DNA of 64,000 nucleotides from positions 117,740,001 through 117,804,000 of the forward strand of contig CM059431.1 in the NCBI GenBank assembly GCA_030390025.1. Reading direction: 5' to 3'. Below the pieces are notes generated by a model that saw only the letters and a list, made by a program, of their open reading frames with translations, was not told the DNA's origin and made no database searches. Shown piece after piece: positions 23,564 through 35,916 of the stretch (position 1 is the first letter of the stretch; every line of letters starts with the position of its first letter). The translations under genes and the position numbers were made by a program. The stretch comes from Squalus acanthias (Eukaryota).

Positions 23564-23800
23564 GCCTCCCTGGGAACGGGCGGCGCTGTGCAGTTAAGTT
23601 TAGGATAAGTTTAAGTTTATAGTTTTTTAAGTCAGGTTAAGTTTGTAGTTTAATTTTAAAAGTAAATGGTAAAATGATGGGAGTTAGTGATAGGAACAGT
23701 TAAAGTCTATCCAGTATACATGTCGTTATACGTGAGACGAGGTCAAGGGACCCGCTCACCCTTCACAAAAGCCAGAGACTCTTGGGAGGCTGGCTACATC

Positions 23801-23817
23801 ATTTTATCTGATCACAG
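23801..23817 (+). promoter_or_regulatory. Putative env splice acceptor
   Basis: attttatctgatcacAG, 12 nt upstream of the signal-peptide ATG at 23830. Confidence 0.55.
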
Positions 23818-23829
23818 GAACCAGGAAAG

Positions 23830-26181
23830 ATGGAAAGGATTCTGATAGTGCTCGCAGCGATCGGATATGGATTGGCCTATCGGGGCCTCACCAAGGATGT
23901 CGTTGTGTTTGGTTGCTCTGGGGACACGGGCCCCGATCTTGACGGATGGGACTGGGGAGCGAGAGGCTGAGGAAACCGCCACTTATTTCCACAAGGGAAG
24001 GTGGCCGGGATGGCTGGGAACGAATTCAACGGAATACTCCAGCGCATCCGGATTTGCCTACATAGAGACTTCTTTACTGTGTCCCAGGGTGAGGATCATT
24101 GCACCCAGAGTCAGCGTCACCGTCGGCAAAAGGATTTGTTTGACATGCAATGGGAAGGTCCCATTGAGCCGATGGTGGTGGTTACGTAAGTTAAGCAAGA
24201 CTATGAGAAATTCCTCGGTCGAGTGGGAGCGATTGGGTAACAATACCCATCGGACAATTACGGGGACTAACGGACAATTGAAAGTCTGTTGGGACAAATG
24301 GTGGGAACCGGATGAGGGAATATATGTTTGTATGTGGGGATCGAAGTACGTTTGCCCCAAGGGTATATCCATATTTTTCGTACACCAGTGGCAGGATAAC
24401 GGGAAAGGAATGAGGTGGGACTTCAGCACAAAGGGGTGCGGAGCTCCATTCTCCCCGACCCGGTAAACGCCACTGAACTCATCACGCGCCCATGCAAGTC
24501 TCCGCCCACGATTCCGGTGGCTTTGGCTCAGGAGGAAGGGTGCCCTAAAACCACTAAGGGGCCCAGGAATGGTCTGGTACTGGTGCCAACAGATCAGATA
24601 CTATATCAAGGGGTACATTACGCGGTGGCTTCAGTGATTCTAAATCTCACCGAGGTGCATTTACCAGAGTGGTGTCCCAAAGAAACGGAACAATTGTACC
24701 AGGTCCTGTTAACAAACATGTTCAGGCAATTTTATGAGTTTGATTTTGCAGAGGTTGACAAAACAAGCTTATACACCACACCACACGAAGTTTTGGGTCA
24801 GGTGAGGAGACAAAGAAGGGGTGTCGTGAACGATGTGTTCACTGCTTTTAATACGGGAACATCTGTGGTCAACGCTCTAGACTATGTGGAGCTGCAGACC
24901 CAGATCAACGGTTTAAAAACACAGTTAAAAAGCATCCTCACAAACGAGAACAAGGTAGTAGGGTCTGAGTTACATGAGGACCAGGCCATGACACTACACT
25001 TAAAAGAGATTATAGCAGAGCTGGAGAAGCATGCTAGAACGGTAAATGCCCTGATCAGGGAAGATCGAAATGCATCCGATCAAGCTGCGCAGAACGAGGT
25101 GTGCGTACTATACGGGGCGTGGTTACTGGGCGAGGGCCGCAGTAATCTGGAGGATTTAAAACAAGGTTTGGTCCCGTCCTGGATAAGCAACAAACACCTG
25201 CAGGCGCTCCACCCTTTTCAGAACACATTAAGCCCGTGCCAGCTCAGGCTGGCCTCAGAGGCATACCCAGTCCCAGTGGACTGCGGACAGTCAAATCATA
25301 CCATCATGGGTATAGTACTACGGATGCCGGTGTTGGGCGACACAGCAAAGCCCGCCCCGGTGTACCGGGTGGAGAACATTGGTGTCATTCAGGGGGGAGC
25401 CCACATTCGCTACGCAGCGGTCCCACCTTACGTCATCCGCTAGGAGCAAACGATGACAGGTACCGACCTATCGGGTTGTCGTGGCCGGGGAGCACACATC
25501 ATACTGTGTCCCCAGCACTTGAATGCCTTTTTAACACCACAATGCGGGTTCAGAACGGCTGGCGCGAAGCCCATGAATTGCACCATGGAAGCAATGACAC
25601 AAGATCATGTGCCCCCACAGGTGGCATACATAGGGGGTGGAACGTATTGCGTTACCACTGCAGCGCAACACTACCAGCATGGACAGCACAGTCGGTGTCC
25701 GGTGAGTGACAGCAGTTTCTGTTTTAAACCCAGGGCTGAAGTTCAAGTGGCACAACAGCGAATTGTCCCGATCCCTGAACCATCCACTGTTCACCTCACA
25801 GTAAAAGAGAATTTCACAGACTTGCAGCGATTCGTCGCACATTTCGGATACATCATTCCCCCTCTCCCTGAACACCTCACCAAGATTTTAAAAGCTGTCA
25901 TGGTATCACAGAAACATTTTTACACCCTAGAACAAAAGACTGTAGAGATAGGGACAGAAATATTAGACATAGTAGTCCCACCGTGGTGGGATCTGTTCAC
26001 TAATATTGAAGTTCCATCATGGATCAGGATAGCCTCCCACATTTTGGTTGTGTGCCAAGTTATAATTGTAGTGTACCTATTGATCGTACACTGCAAAAGA
26101 GGCAAACGCCTCACAAAGCAGGAGAACACAGGGGAGTGGAGAGAACGTTACGTGCACGTGAACGAGGAAAGTACCGCGTAA
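23830..26181 (+). pseudogene. env: Env: signal peptide, Ig-like domain and F-type class I fusion glycoprotein; two frameshifts and one stop
   Basis: MERILIVLAAIGYGLA; Ig motifs in the 23867 frame; furin site RRQRR at 24805-24819; heptad repeat; Cys-rich region; TM ILVVCQVIIVVYLLIV; TAG at 25441 in frame with ORF 25453-26181. Confidence 0.88.
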
Positions 26182-26563
26182 ACGGCCAGGATGACGCCGC
26201 TCCATTTTACCTTGTGTGTTTGTAGTTGTTGTTAGTTATGAGTATGTGTAACTAAGTTTGGAACTTTTGTATTTTTAAAACAGTTTGGTTTAATTATTTT
26301 TCCTTTTATAATAAAACATGCATATGCAGGTGGTGCGAGAGGCATCGGCCTTTTGCACCTGGAAGGCGTATACGCAGTGTAAGTTTAAAGGCAATGATGC
26401 CTACGGTTTATCCAAGTTAGACAATGTAATTTTCTCTGGGAAATGAGGACTGCATGGAGGCCCTAGATAGTTTAATTACCGGGAGTGTTTGGATGTGGAG
26501 AATTGGGATAATTTGCTCACCACCATTTTTTTAATTGATACGATAAGCGGAGTTATTCGCATC

Positions 26564-26575
26564 AACAGGAGGGAC
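26564..26575 (+). promoter_or_regulatory. Polypurine tract
   Basis: AACAGGAGGGAC immediately before the TGTAA start of the 3' LTR. Confidence 0.75.
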
Positions 26576-28142
26576 TGTAAAGTTTTGCAATTATCGCGAT
26601 TCAAAATAACACAAGAGAAGCAGATTCGTTTGATCAGTTTTATTAAACAAAATGCTGTCCTGATAATAAAGGACACAGAAGCCTGTAAAATGGCCGCCGA
26701 GCATCGTGGCAGAAGCTTCCAGAAATACAGTGAGCAGACAAGATGGCGTCGAATAAACATTCAATATAAGATTGGATCATACTCGGTAAACATTGATAAA
26801 GACAGGATGCAACCCGTTTGCATTTGAAACAATAGCAAAGATATAAGTGCTGGAATCGTTTTCCATGCACAAGTAAGGATCATTGTACTGGGCAATCGAA
26901 GGCCCATCCAGACACATCAATACACAAATACCCCCCCGGCTCTACAATGAGAGAGACATTGACGGGTGATTAAACAAGTATTCGGGGGGCCCCAAAACCA
27001 GTCAGGGAGACGATTCGTACACATCCTGGCTGGGTCAACAATGGGGAAAACATTAACGGATAGTTGGCCAGTTTCAGGTGCTACCGAAACCCGTTAAAGA
27101 GAAGAATCGCCCCATGCTGGGAGTTTTGAGCATCAATATTACACAAAGGACAAACATTAAGATTTGAGCGGGAGATAAGTGGACACAACAGTATAACTAT
27201 AGTGAACAAATGTCCATCGGTCTCTTGACTCGCTCGATCGCTGGCTGAAGCTCTTCCTTAGGGCTGGACTTTGTTGACTCTTGACTTTTAGCCGTACTGT
27301 TCGATTATTCGAATGTTGGGTGGAGCTCAATCGGAACGAGCCACCCCGACAAGGGCAAGTAACAGGGTGCACCATCCCGAGTGTCAGTAAACGGTGTCTG
27401 GACCCGGAGGCCCGAAGAGACGAGACGAGAAGAAGAGGAGAAGAATCCACGTGCCGCCACGATCAGTAAACCCCGACCGCGCCCGAAAATATAAATACAG
27501 AACTCATCTTTGAATTCTACGGGTTACTGCACGATCCGGTTTGGGTCTGTCGAGTTCTTCATGACAACAGGGAGTCTGGCCTGCTTTTCGCAGCAGCGAA
27601 AGTAAACAAGTGGGGTGCAGAGACCCTTCCAAACACGTGACAGTCAGGCGCTGCAGCGAAATGAGCCGAGTGCCTCACTTTAAATCTCCGAAATTAAACG
27701 AGTGGTGAGCATGATTTCCGATCCTACAAATCTAGACGTAGTGTAGGTATTATTAAGGGAGGGTGTTTTAATAAGGTTAAGATATAATGTGTTCCCCTTT
27801 CTACGATGTGCTGTGTGTTCTCCATTTCCACAGACCAAGCTTTATGAATGTATGTATACTTGTACTATCGTTGATTTGCGCCTATGACATGTATTTCATG
27901 ATTTTAGACGCCATGCAATAAAGATTTCCATTTCGTACTATTCAACCGGGTCTATTTGAGCTTTTTCTCTGCATTACTGCTCCCTGCACCTAAGTCCAGT
28001 GTTAGAACCGTAAGGGCGAGTGGGTCGAACCACTCACAGGTTCTTATTGCAATAAGGCTGGCCGGAGACCAGAGCAAGCAATAGTATTAGGCAACGAAGG
28101 CCTAACCTCGCACCAGCACCGTCTGAGACACGCCCCCTTACA
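26576..28142 (+). repeat. 3' LTR (1567 bp)
   Basis: About 25 differences from the 5' LTR by manual comparison; AATAAA at 27917-27922. Confidence 0.97.
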
Positions 28143-29547
28143 ACTGTTTAACTCATTTTTAATAGCAGGTCCTCTCACTTTATTTCTTACCATCTTTTTA
28201 CACTCCTGTTCTATAACTCTACTTATTCCCTGGCCATTACGTCTTACCTTAGTTTAGTCTGTCCTCTGTTCTCATTTCCTGTTTGGTTTATATTTAGGGT
28301 TTGTTTCATTTCTTTTAGAGCCCTCCCCTTCTTACTAGTTTAAAGCCTTTGCCACCTCCCTATATACACATTCCACTAGGACACTGATCCTATTCTGGTT
28401 CAGGTGGAGTCCGTCCCATCGGTACAGCTCTTCCTGTCCCAGTACTGGTGCCAGTGTCCCATTAATTGGAATCCCTCTTTCCCACACCAGCCCTTTAACC
28501 ACGTGTTTACTCTCCTGATCTGTATGTCTCTGTGCCAATTTGCACGTGGCTCAGGCAATACCCAGGATTATTTCCCTCGAGGTCTTGCTTTTTAATTTAG
28601 CTCCTAATTCCTGATGCTCTCTCAGAAGGACTACCTTCCTGTTCCTACCAATGTCGTTTGTTCCGACATGAACCACAACAACTGGATTTCCCCCCTCCCG
28701 TTCCAAATTCCTCACCAGCTACCCTGAGATATCCCTTACGCTGGCAACACACCCTCTGGGGCTCTCACTCATGGCTGCAGAGGATGCTATCTATTCCCCT
28801 AATTATAGAATCCTCTATCACTACCACATTTCTATTCTGCTTTTCCCCCCCTTGGACATGGTGCGTTGGCTGTCCTCCGCGCTGTCTTTCTCCTTGTCCT
28901 CACAGGTAGCGAGTACATCTTAGCTGTTGTACAGGACCAGTGTCTGCTGGGGCCTCCTTCTCAACCTCTCCTAAGTCCCCACTGCCCGGCTCCCTGACAG
29001 TCACAGTCTCCCCTTCCTGAATCTATGCTTTCCTCTGGGGTGTGATTGTGTTCTGGATAAAACTATCCAGGAATTCCTCCCCCTCCCGTATGTTTCTGAG
29101 TGTCTCCAACTCACACTCCAGCTCTACAGGCTAGAAATTGGAAGTGTTGGCACTGGCCATTAAGGCCAGGTTTGGAAAAAGAAGGGTAGCAGCGCTGCGA
29201 ATGTTCGCGCTCTCTGGGGATGTGTAGATTATGCAGATCGTGACGCCAACGAGTGTACAGCACTCACCTGACACCCGATATACCATTTTTGGGTTTGCCG
29301 CTCCACTTCACGGCCTGTGTTAATTACGACCAGCTCACCAAGCTTTCACAAGCAGGAAGGAGGCTCCAGCAGTGTTATTTAAAGGGATCATCAGCAACAA
29401 CTTGCAGCTGACATGCTTTATCAGTTTGACTGGCTCTGTACAGCTTTCTGCAACTCTTGCAGCTTTCTAAATTTGTTTCAAGTTCCTAAGGGGCGGAGAA
29501 CACCTTCATTCTTATTTAAAGGCTTCTGCTCACACTTGCTCACAGTT

Positions 29548-30743
29548 ATGGGGCTCTACTAGCAGCTCCCCTCGCGCTCGAGTATCTTCGTGAGAGTGAG
29601 CGGAGGCAGCGAAGAAGATGAGAAAATGCGCGCAGAGGGAGGAGGAGGAAGGCCAGGAGGGCTCTCAATAGTGGGCCTTACCCACTTAGAGTATTCAGAG
29701 AGCACTTCTCTTATATTCACTTAAGTAAGGAGCAGTGTATTAGGAGGCTCCACTTCACCAAGGAGGTGGTCACAGACCTCTGCCACCTTCTGCATCCAGA
29801 CCTGCAGCCTGAGAGCAGGGTGACCACGGCTCTCCCAGTTTCCCTCAAGGTCACCATGGCCCTCAATTTCTTCACCAGCGGATCCTTCCAGTCTGCAGCA
29901 AGAGACATAGCTAACATCTCACACTTCACCGCCCATCGCTGCAGCCGGGAGGTCACAGAGGCTCTCTACACCAAGAGAAGGAACTACTTCATCTTCTCTA
30001 TGAACAGAGAGAAGCAGAAGGAGCTTGCATTTGGCTTTGCCAGGATAGCAGGCTTCCCCAAGGTGCAGGGCACCATCGACTGCACCCATGTGGCTTTGTG
30101 GACGCCGCATACCAATCCTTAGATCTTCCGTAACCGCAAAGGCTACCACTTACTAAATGTGCAGTTGTTGTGCAGCGCATCCTGATGGTCAGTGCCTGCA
30201 ATCCTGGCAGCAGTCATTATGTCTTCATCCTGCATCAGTCCAGTGTGCCAGCAATCTTCCAGCCACCACGTCAAACCTGAGGGTGGCTGCTCAGACACAA
30301 GGGCTATCTGCTCTAACCTGGCTGATGACTCCCCTCCACAACCCCACCACTCGTGCCCAGAACTCATATAATGAGAGCCATGCTTCCACCAAGAACATCA
30401 TCGAGTGGACCATTGGGCTACTGAAGCAACGGTTCCGCTGCCTTGACCGCTCGGGAGGAGCCCTTCAGTACTCGCCAGAGTGATTGTCCCCTTTCATGGT
30501 GGTCTGCTGCATGCTTCACAACTTGGCCATCATGAGGGCGCAGCCCTTGCCAGTAGGGATTGCGGGAGCATCTCAGGAAGAGGACGAGAGAGAGGAGGAG
30601 GAGGCAAAGGGGGAGGAGGAAGAGGAAGAGGAGCAAGAGGAAGAGAAGATGAGGAGGACTAGGAAGAAGGGAGAAGGCAGTTAGCCAATCCCCCTTCCGA
30701 ACAGGCTGTCCATGAACGCCTCATCAGACTCCAATTCGAGTGA
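29548..30743 (+). pseudogene. Harbinger (HARBI1-like, DDE_Tnp_4) transposase, disrupted
   Basis: ALPVSLKVTMALNFFTSGSFQ; GFPKVQGTIDCTHV; WLMTP..YNESHAST..IEWTIGLLKQRFRCL; CCMLHNLA; acidic tail. Confidence 0.92.
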
Positions 30744-30894
30744 CTGAAACCCCAGATCCCTGTTGCTCACCACATCCCCAGCATACCATCACAGCGTTCT
30801 CCTGGGCGCAATACTGAAATGAGAGCCGCCACAAAACAAACATTGTAATAAAATGAACAAATATTTAAGGATTCAATTTATAATACAATATCAA

Positions 30895-32735
30895 CTAATC
30901 ACCCCTGTGCAATCCCTTAGTGCCTGTCATTCGTATGCCCTTTCCTACTCTGGTGCTCCTACACATTGCTCCCCCAGTGCCTGCAGCATGGCTGGTGGAA
31001 GGCTGCTGAGCTTCCATGGGGGAGGCTACAAATGGCCTTGCAGGACAACCTCGACCAGCTGTGGCCCTAGAAGGACCGGCTGCAGACTGCACCAGCTCAG
31101 CAGGGGTAGCAGCAGTCTGGGCTGGCTGGTTGACAGGCAGCGGCAAGGGCAATGGCGGAGTGAGGTCATCTGTCCTGAGAGAGGATAGCAGGTTCCTGCT
31201 CCACAGACCACTGCCACTCCCCCGGGGCGGCGCCTCAGCATTGTTAGCAATCTGTTGGAGGAGAGATTGCTGGCCTGCTGCGACAACCTGCAAGCCCCTT
31301 TCGAGGCTTTTAAACCCAGCCACGGTGGCAGCAGTCTAAGCTTCCACTGCAACAATGAGACGTTGGGTCACTTCTGCCTGTGCTGCAATGGAAGCCGCAA
31401 CATTGCCCATCACACTCAGCATCATGGGTCCTAAAGGTCTCTCCTGGAGTTGTCCATCATTTCCATCCTGGAAATCACAGGCTACAAGCTCTGCGCAAAG
31501 CCCCGTCCAATGTTGGAGCTAGACTCCTCCATGCACCTTGACACTGACAAGAGGCTCTCTGGCAGGCTTGCCATTGCACCTAGGATTTTGGTGTGCATGC
31601 CCATCACCCTTCTTCTGAAGGCTACCCCATCAAGGTCATCATTTGAGTCATGTGCAGTAGAACTCGCCCTCTGGGGAACTGGCCCCCGAGCTATCCTTTC
31701 CCCCTGGCCTTGCTGCAGCCCATTCATGCCTGGTGCCTCACCATGTGCAGATCCCGTATCTACACAACCCTCTAAATTCCACACAGTGCCAGTTTCTGAG
31801 CTGGTGTCTGCGATTGTCAGATGCAGTGACGGTGTGCCTTCTTCTTCATCTCCACCCTCCTCCATGACTTCGGGGAAAGGCTGTACTGGTGGCAGCTCTT
31901 GGTCATCTGACAGCAGAAAGGCACAAGAGTCGGGTTCTGGTGAGGGGAGCGGGGGGAAAGCAAGATATCCATGCATACAGCATCAGCAGCTTGTAAGTGA
32001 GAAGGGTTTGTGGGATGAGGGGGAAGTGGGCTGTGAGAAGAAGGATTAGGAATGATCATATCGTTATTGTCCCCATCGCCACGGGCTCGGATTTCTTCCC
32101 CTCCAATAATGTTGAGCACTGTCGCCTCCAGTTGGCTCAAGGCCTGTAAAGCAGCTTGGCTGCCTCCCATCTGCCGTTGCTCCCGGCGGTTGTGAGCCAC
32201 CCTGGCCTGCAAGAGAAAGAGAAGTGTGTGTGCGAGTGTGGTGCAATGTGTTTGGGTGATGCGCCTGCCATAATTGAATAGCTGTCAGTGTGTGCAAGGT
32301 GTGAGATGTGAGTGTGAGTGTTGCAGCAGTGGTGAGGTTGTGAGGGTGAAGTGAAGCTATGATTGTGAGGTATGAGTGGTGATAACTAGAGATTGTTGGT
32401 AGGTGAGTGCTGGGGGTGTGCTGCATTGAGCAGTGTGTGAGGCTTGTGGTGCAGATGGTGGGATATGGCATTTGCTGAAGCCTTCACTCACCTTGACATG
32501 CCGTGTGAGGTCATTAAACTTCTTACGGCACTGGATCTATGTCTGCGGTACGACACTGTTGGCCGTGAAGTACCCAGCTATCGCTTGCCATAGGCTTCTC
32601 AAAGTGTGCTTTGATGGCTTCCTGCCACCCTGTGGGAACAGGACACCCCGCTTTCTCTCCACTGCCACTACCAATGTCTTGAACGCCGCATCGGAGAACC
32701 TTCTGGCTCGTTCTCTATGCTGCTGTTGAGCCCAT
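30895..32735 (-). pseudogene. Harbinger Myb/SANT-like gene, multi-exon, disrupted
   Basis: RERARRFSDAAFKTLVVAVERKRGVLFP..LWQAIA; exon 2 ARVAHNRREQRQMGG; homologous to 45780-46830. Confidence 0.85.
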
Positions 32736-33197
32736 GTCTTCAAACTCCAAATACAATGAGGTGCTGCTGCATCAAAGCACCTCCCCTTCAAGTAGTGAAG
32801 GGAGACTAGGCCAAACATTACTGGCCATTAGACTGCACCTGATATTGGCCCACCTGTTGAGCATTTCACGCCGAGATCAGCACTCCAATCATGTAAATGA
32901 GCAGGCAGCATGAATTTTGCGTGCTGCCTACACCACTTTGAATGGGCGCAGCCAAATAGTGCTGGCCCATGACACCGCCCGTTTTCTGGCCATATCCAAT
33001 TTCTAGGCCTATGACTCTGATCCGGAGTGACTGAAGGCAGAGACATTTCCGACAGATGTGGGAATCTGGGACAGTCTCGCTGTCCACAAACTCCACGTAC
33101 TACAGTCCCTGCCATCTCTAGGCTTCTTTTTTATTTGTTTATTGATAGCCTGAATTAAAATTAGGTACACTGTTTTTGTTAAAAAAAAAATTACTTA

Positions 33198-34090
33198 GGG
33201 GGAGAAATTCAGTATCGCCCCATTTGGGGCGCAATTATCGGCCGGGCGCAAAGATTAGCGCCTGGCACTAATTATCGCCACCGACTGCAAACTTGACTTT
33301 TATCGCCCCTGAAGGTGATTGGAGCACTAAATCAGGCGCTTCACACCTGTCTTAAGGCGCAAAGGCCGAGGAGCGAGGCGCTACCTCAGAGCACTGGCGA
33401 AGCTCATGTGATGTCAGTCAGCAATGGAACACACACACAATGGCACGGGCCAGTTCTTAAAGGGGATGGTTAATCTCACTTTCCATCCACATCCTGCTCA
33501 TTGCAGCCTTGAATCTCGGCCTGGAGAGGCCTGCACATCAAATCTGCTGGAAAGAACAATGGAGAGTACCAGGCAAAGAGCTCAGAGTGCAGCCCCCACA
33601 GTCTCTTCTAAATCGATACAAGGAATGGCAAGTCAAAATGAACCTGCAAAGTGCTACTCAGTACCCAAAACTCCTTCACACAACGTTGAAACTCTCCAGA
33701 AGTCTCTCTCTCTCTCTCTCACAATGCGTAGTTCAAAAATGGCACCAACAATAAAAGGCAGGAAGCGGTCACCTTTAAATAGCGCTCCCCCTTTCCCTTC
33801 ATGACTGCAGAACGCTCCACTCAAACTGTCGTTGCTAGCGTCAGGTGGTAAGGCAGGGGGCGCCACTCAATATCCGCTCCGGGGCGATACCGGGGCGTTG
33901 CGCACTCGACTGACGTCACGATCTGCTGGCGCAGGAGATTGTGGCGGTAGTGTTTAGCGCCGCCGCAAAATGTCTAGTTAATTTCACGAGCAGCGCAAAC
34001 TTCGCCGCGCCTGGGCGCTAGATGCTTTGCGCCCCATTAGCGCCCTCTTAAGGCGCTAACGGGAGGCGCAACCAACTGAATTTTTCCTCC
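33198..34090. mobile_element. Harbinger-type non-autonomous element (MITE-like)
   Basis: 16-bp TIRs gggggagaaattcagt / actgaatttttcctcc; TSD TTA; many subterminal TAGCGCC/TATCGCC motifs. Confidence 0.85.
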
Positions 34091-35916
34091 TTACTGTTTA
34101 CTCCCCTGATTTGCTAACCCTCAGAGCTCCTCCTCCGTGCTCGCCGTGATGTCACTGCTGATGTCACTTTATCCTCTGGTGTTTGTGCTAGCCGCCTCTT
34201 CCCTCGGTGCTCCGTGCTGACTGGCTATTCTCTCTCACTCCCGCTCCTTATTAAACGCGGCCGATTCCTTCCCTCGGTGCTCCGCGCTAACTGCTGGTCA
34301 GAATATTACACTCACAGTCTTACAAAAGCTACATCATTATAAGCATAGGTAAAGTACTTTGATATGCCAGTCAACTTGAATAACCCAAAAAAAAAATCTC
34401 ATTGGTGTCTTAAATTACGACTGATGGCAAATTTAGATGCTTTTTAGCCTCTCCTCTTCTCCGACAGGTCAATTACATAGAATTCAATCGAATGTGCATC
34501 ATAGAAACAGGTCATTCAGCCCAATTGGTCCATGCCGGTGTTTATGCTCCACATGAGCTTCCTCCCACCCCTCTTCATCTAACCTTATCAGCATAACCTT
34601 CTGATCAATAAAGCATGTAACTGAGCCATATGGACCAGAAGGTTTTAGATTTAGTTCCTGGTCTGTGCTAAGTAAGTTGATACCAGCTGGTTGTTGTTGG
34701 CATATGGAACTCGGTTAACTTGGCTTTTGAAAGGTGTTCATGTTTAGTTCAATCAGTATAGAGCAAAAAAAAGGTGGTTGGCATCATTGGAGAGTGAAAG
34801 AGAGAGAGAGAGAGATACTGATTTCACTTAGCAACAGCCAGTGTTCAAGATTGAAGTAAGACCTTGGGATGTTTAGAGTATTGCCATACTATAAACATCC
34901 CACCTAAGCAAGGGGATGTTGATGTACGAGAAATGTAAATTTGTGTGCGTAAAAATCGGCTGAAGGACAATGCATTGACCAGAGACTACCAAATCAGGCA
35001 AGACCACTTCCAGTTTGATAAAGAGAATAGTATATAAAAAAGGAAGTTTTTGTGTTAAAGACGAGGAAAGATGGGAGGAGACTCGAGTGGAGCATAAACG
35101 CTGGCATGGACTGGTTGGGCCGAATGGCCTGTTTCTGTGCTGTATATCTTATGTAATTCTATGTAAGTTGTGAGAAAAAAGAGAGAAACCTTTTTGAGTG
35201 CATGTCTACACTCAGAACTCCTGACAAATCTCCACTTGTAAACTGCATTACACTTTGAAGAAATTATACTCCGCATTTAGATTGTTTTTTCTGTTAAAGT
35301 AGGAAAAATAAAGTGATTATGGCCATAAGACTGGATTCCTTAGAACTCAACTGAACAACAGAAAATTGTTTAAAAACAACAGTTGGCAGCAGGGAATTTT
35401 ATAATTGGTCTCTGCACCCTTGAGTTTGGGACGCGAAAAATCAGCCAGAGTGGCCATTCCTGATTGCTGGACCATGATCCTTGTTGGAAAGCATGTATGT
35501 GTGCACATCAATTGAGTACTGGATTGGGCTGAGCTGTGAGGTGCTCCATGGTCAAATATCAAGTCAACTCTCTTTCGGTTCATCACTTTCTTCATGTGGG
35601 TGGAGTATTGGAGGGTAACCAGCATCCATGGAGGGGAGAAAATTGGCAAAAAGCATTATGTATTGAAGATTGCAGCATTATTGCTTGAATTAAATGAATT
35701 TATCAATACATTGCTGTGTAAAGGGCCTCAATGGCAGCAAGTCAGAATATTAAAACCATATTTTTACAAAAGCTACATCATTTAAAGCTGTTAAATGTAA
35801 ATAGCAATATTAATAAGAGCACTAGTTGGGTTTGTTATTTTATATGCGCAAGAGATTGCTCGAGGATGAAGCCTTAAGTAGCACTAATCATTTTTCTATG
35901 AAATATGTGAAATGCT

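Larger units (their letters stand above)
15689..28142 (+). mobile_element. Complete endogenous provirus, lokiretrovirus-like (LTR-gag-pol-env-LTR)
   Basis: Paired LTRs TGTAA...TTACA; TSD ACTG at 15685-15688 and 28143-28146; PBS, PPT, gag, pol and env in order. Confidence 0.95.
29127..33009. mobile_element. Full-length decayed PIF/Harbinger transposon
   Basis: TIRs ggctagaaattgga / tccaatttctaggcc; convergent transposase and Myb/SANT genes. Confidence 0.9.
28143..34300 (-). mobile_element. 5' half of a CR1 LINE (5' UTR and ORF1) carrying a Harbinger and a MITE
   Basis: Antisense LYRWDGLHLN esterase end (28335-28450); HICRKC zinc finger (~33030-33070); CR1-like 5' UTR repeats (gtgatgtcac, ccctcggtgctccg) at 34094-34300. 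Confidence 0.75.

Noticed and set aside
17435..25443. Both nonsense codons are TAG (APOBEC-type TGG>TAG editing?)
   Set aside because: Two events are too few, CAG>TAG is equally possible, and pol keeps many TGG codons
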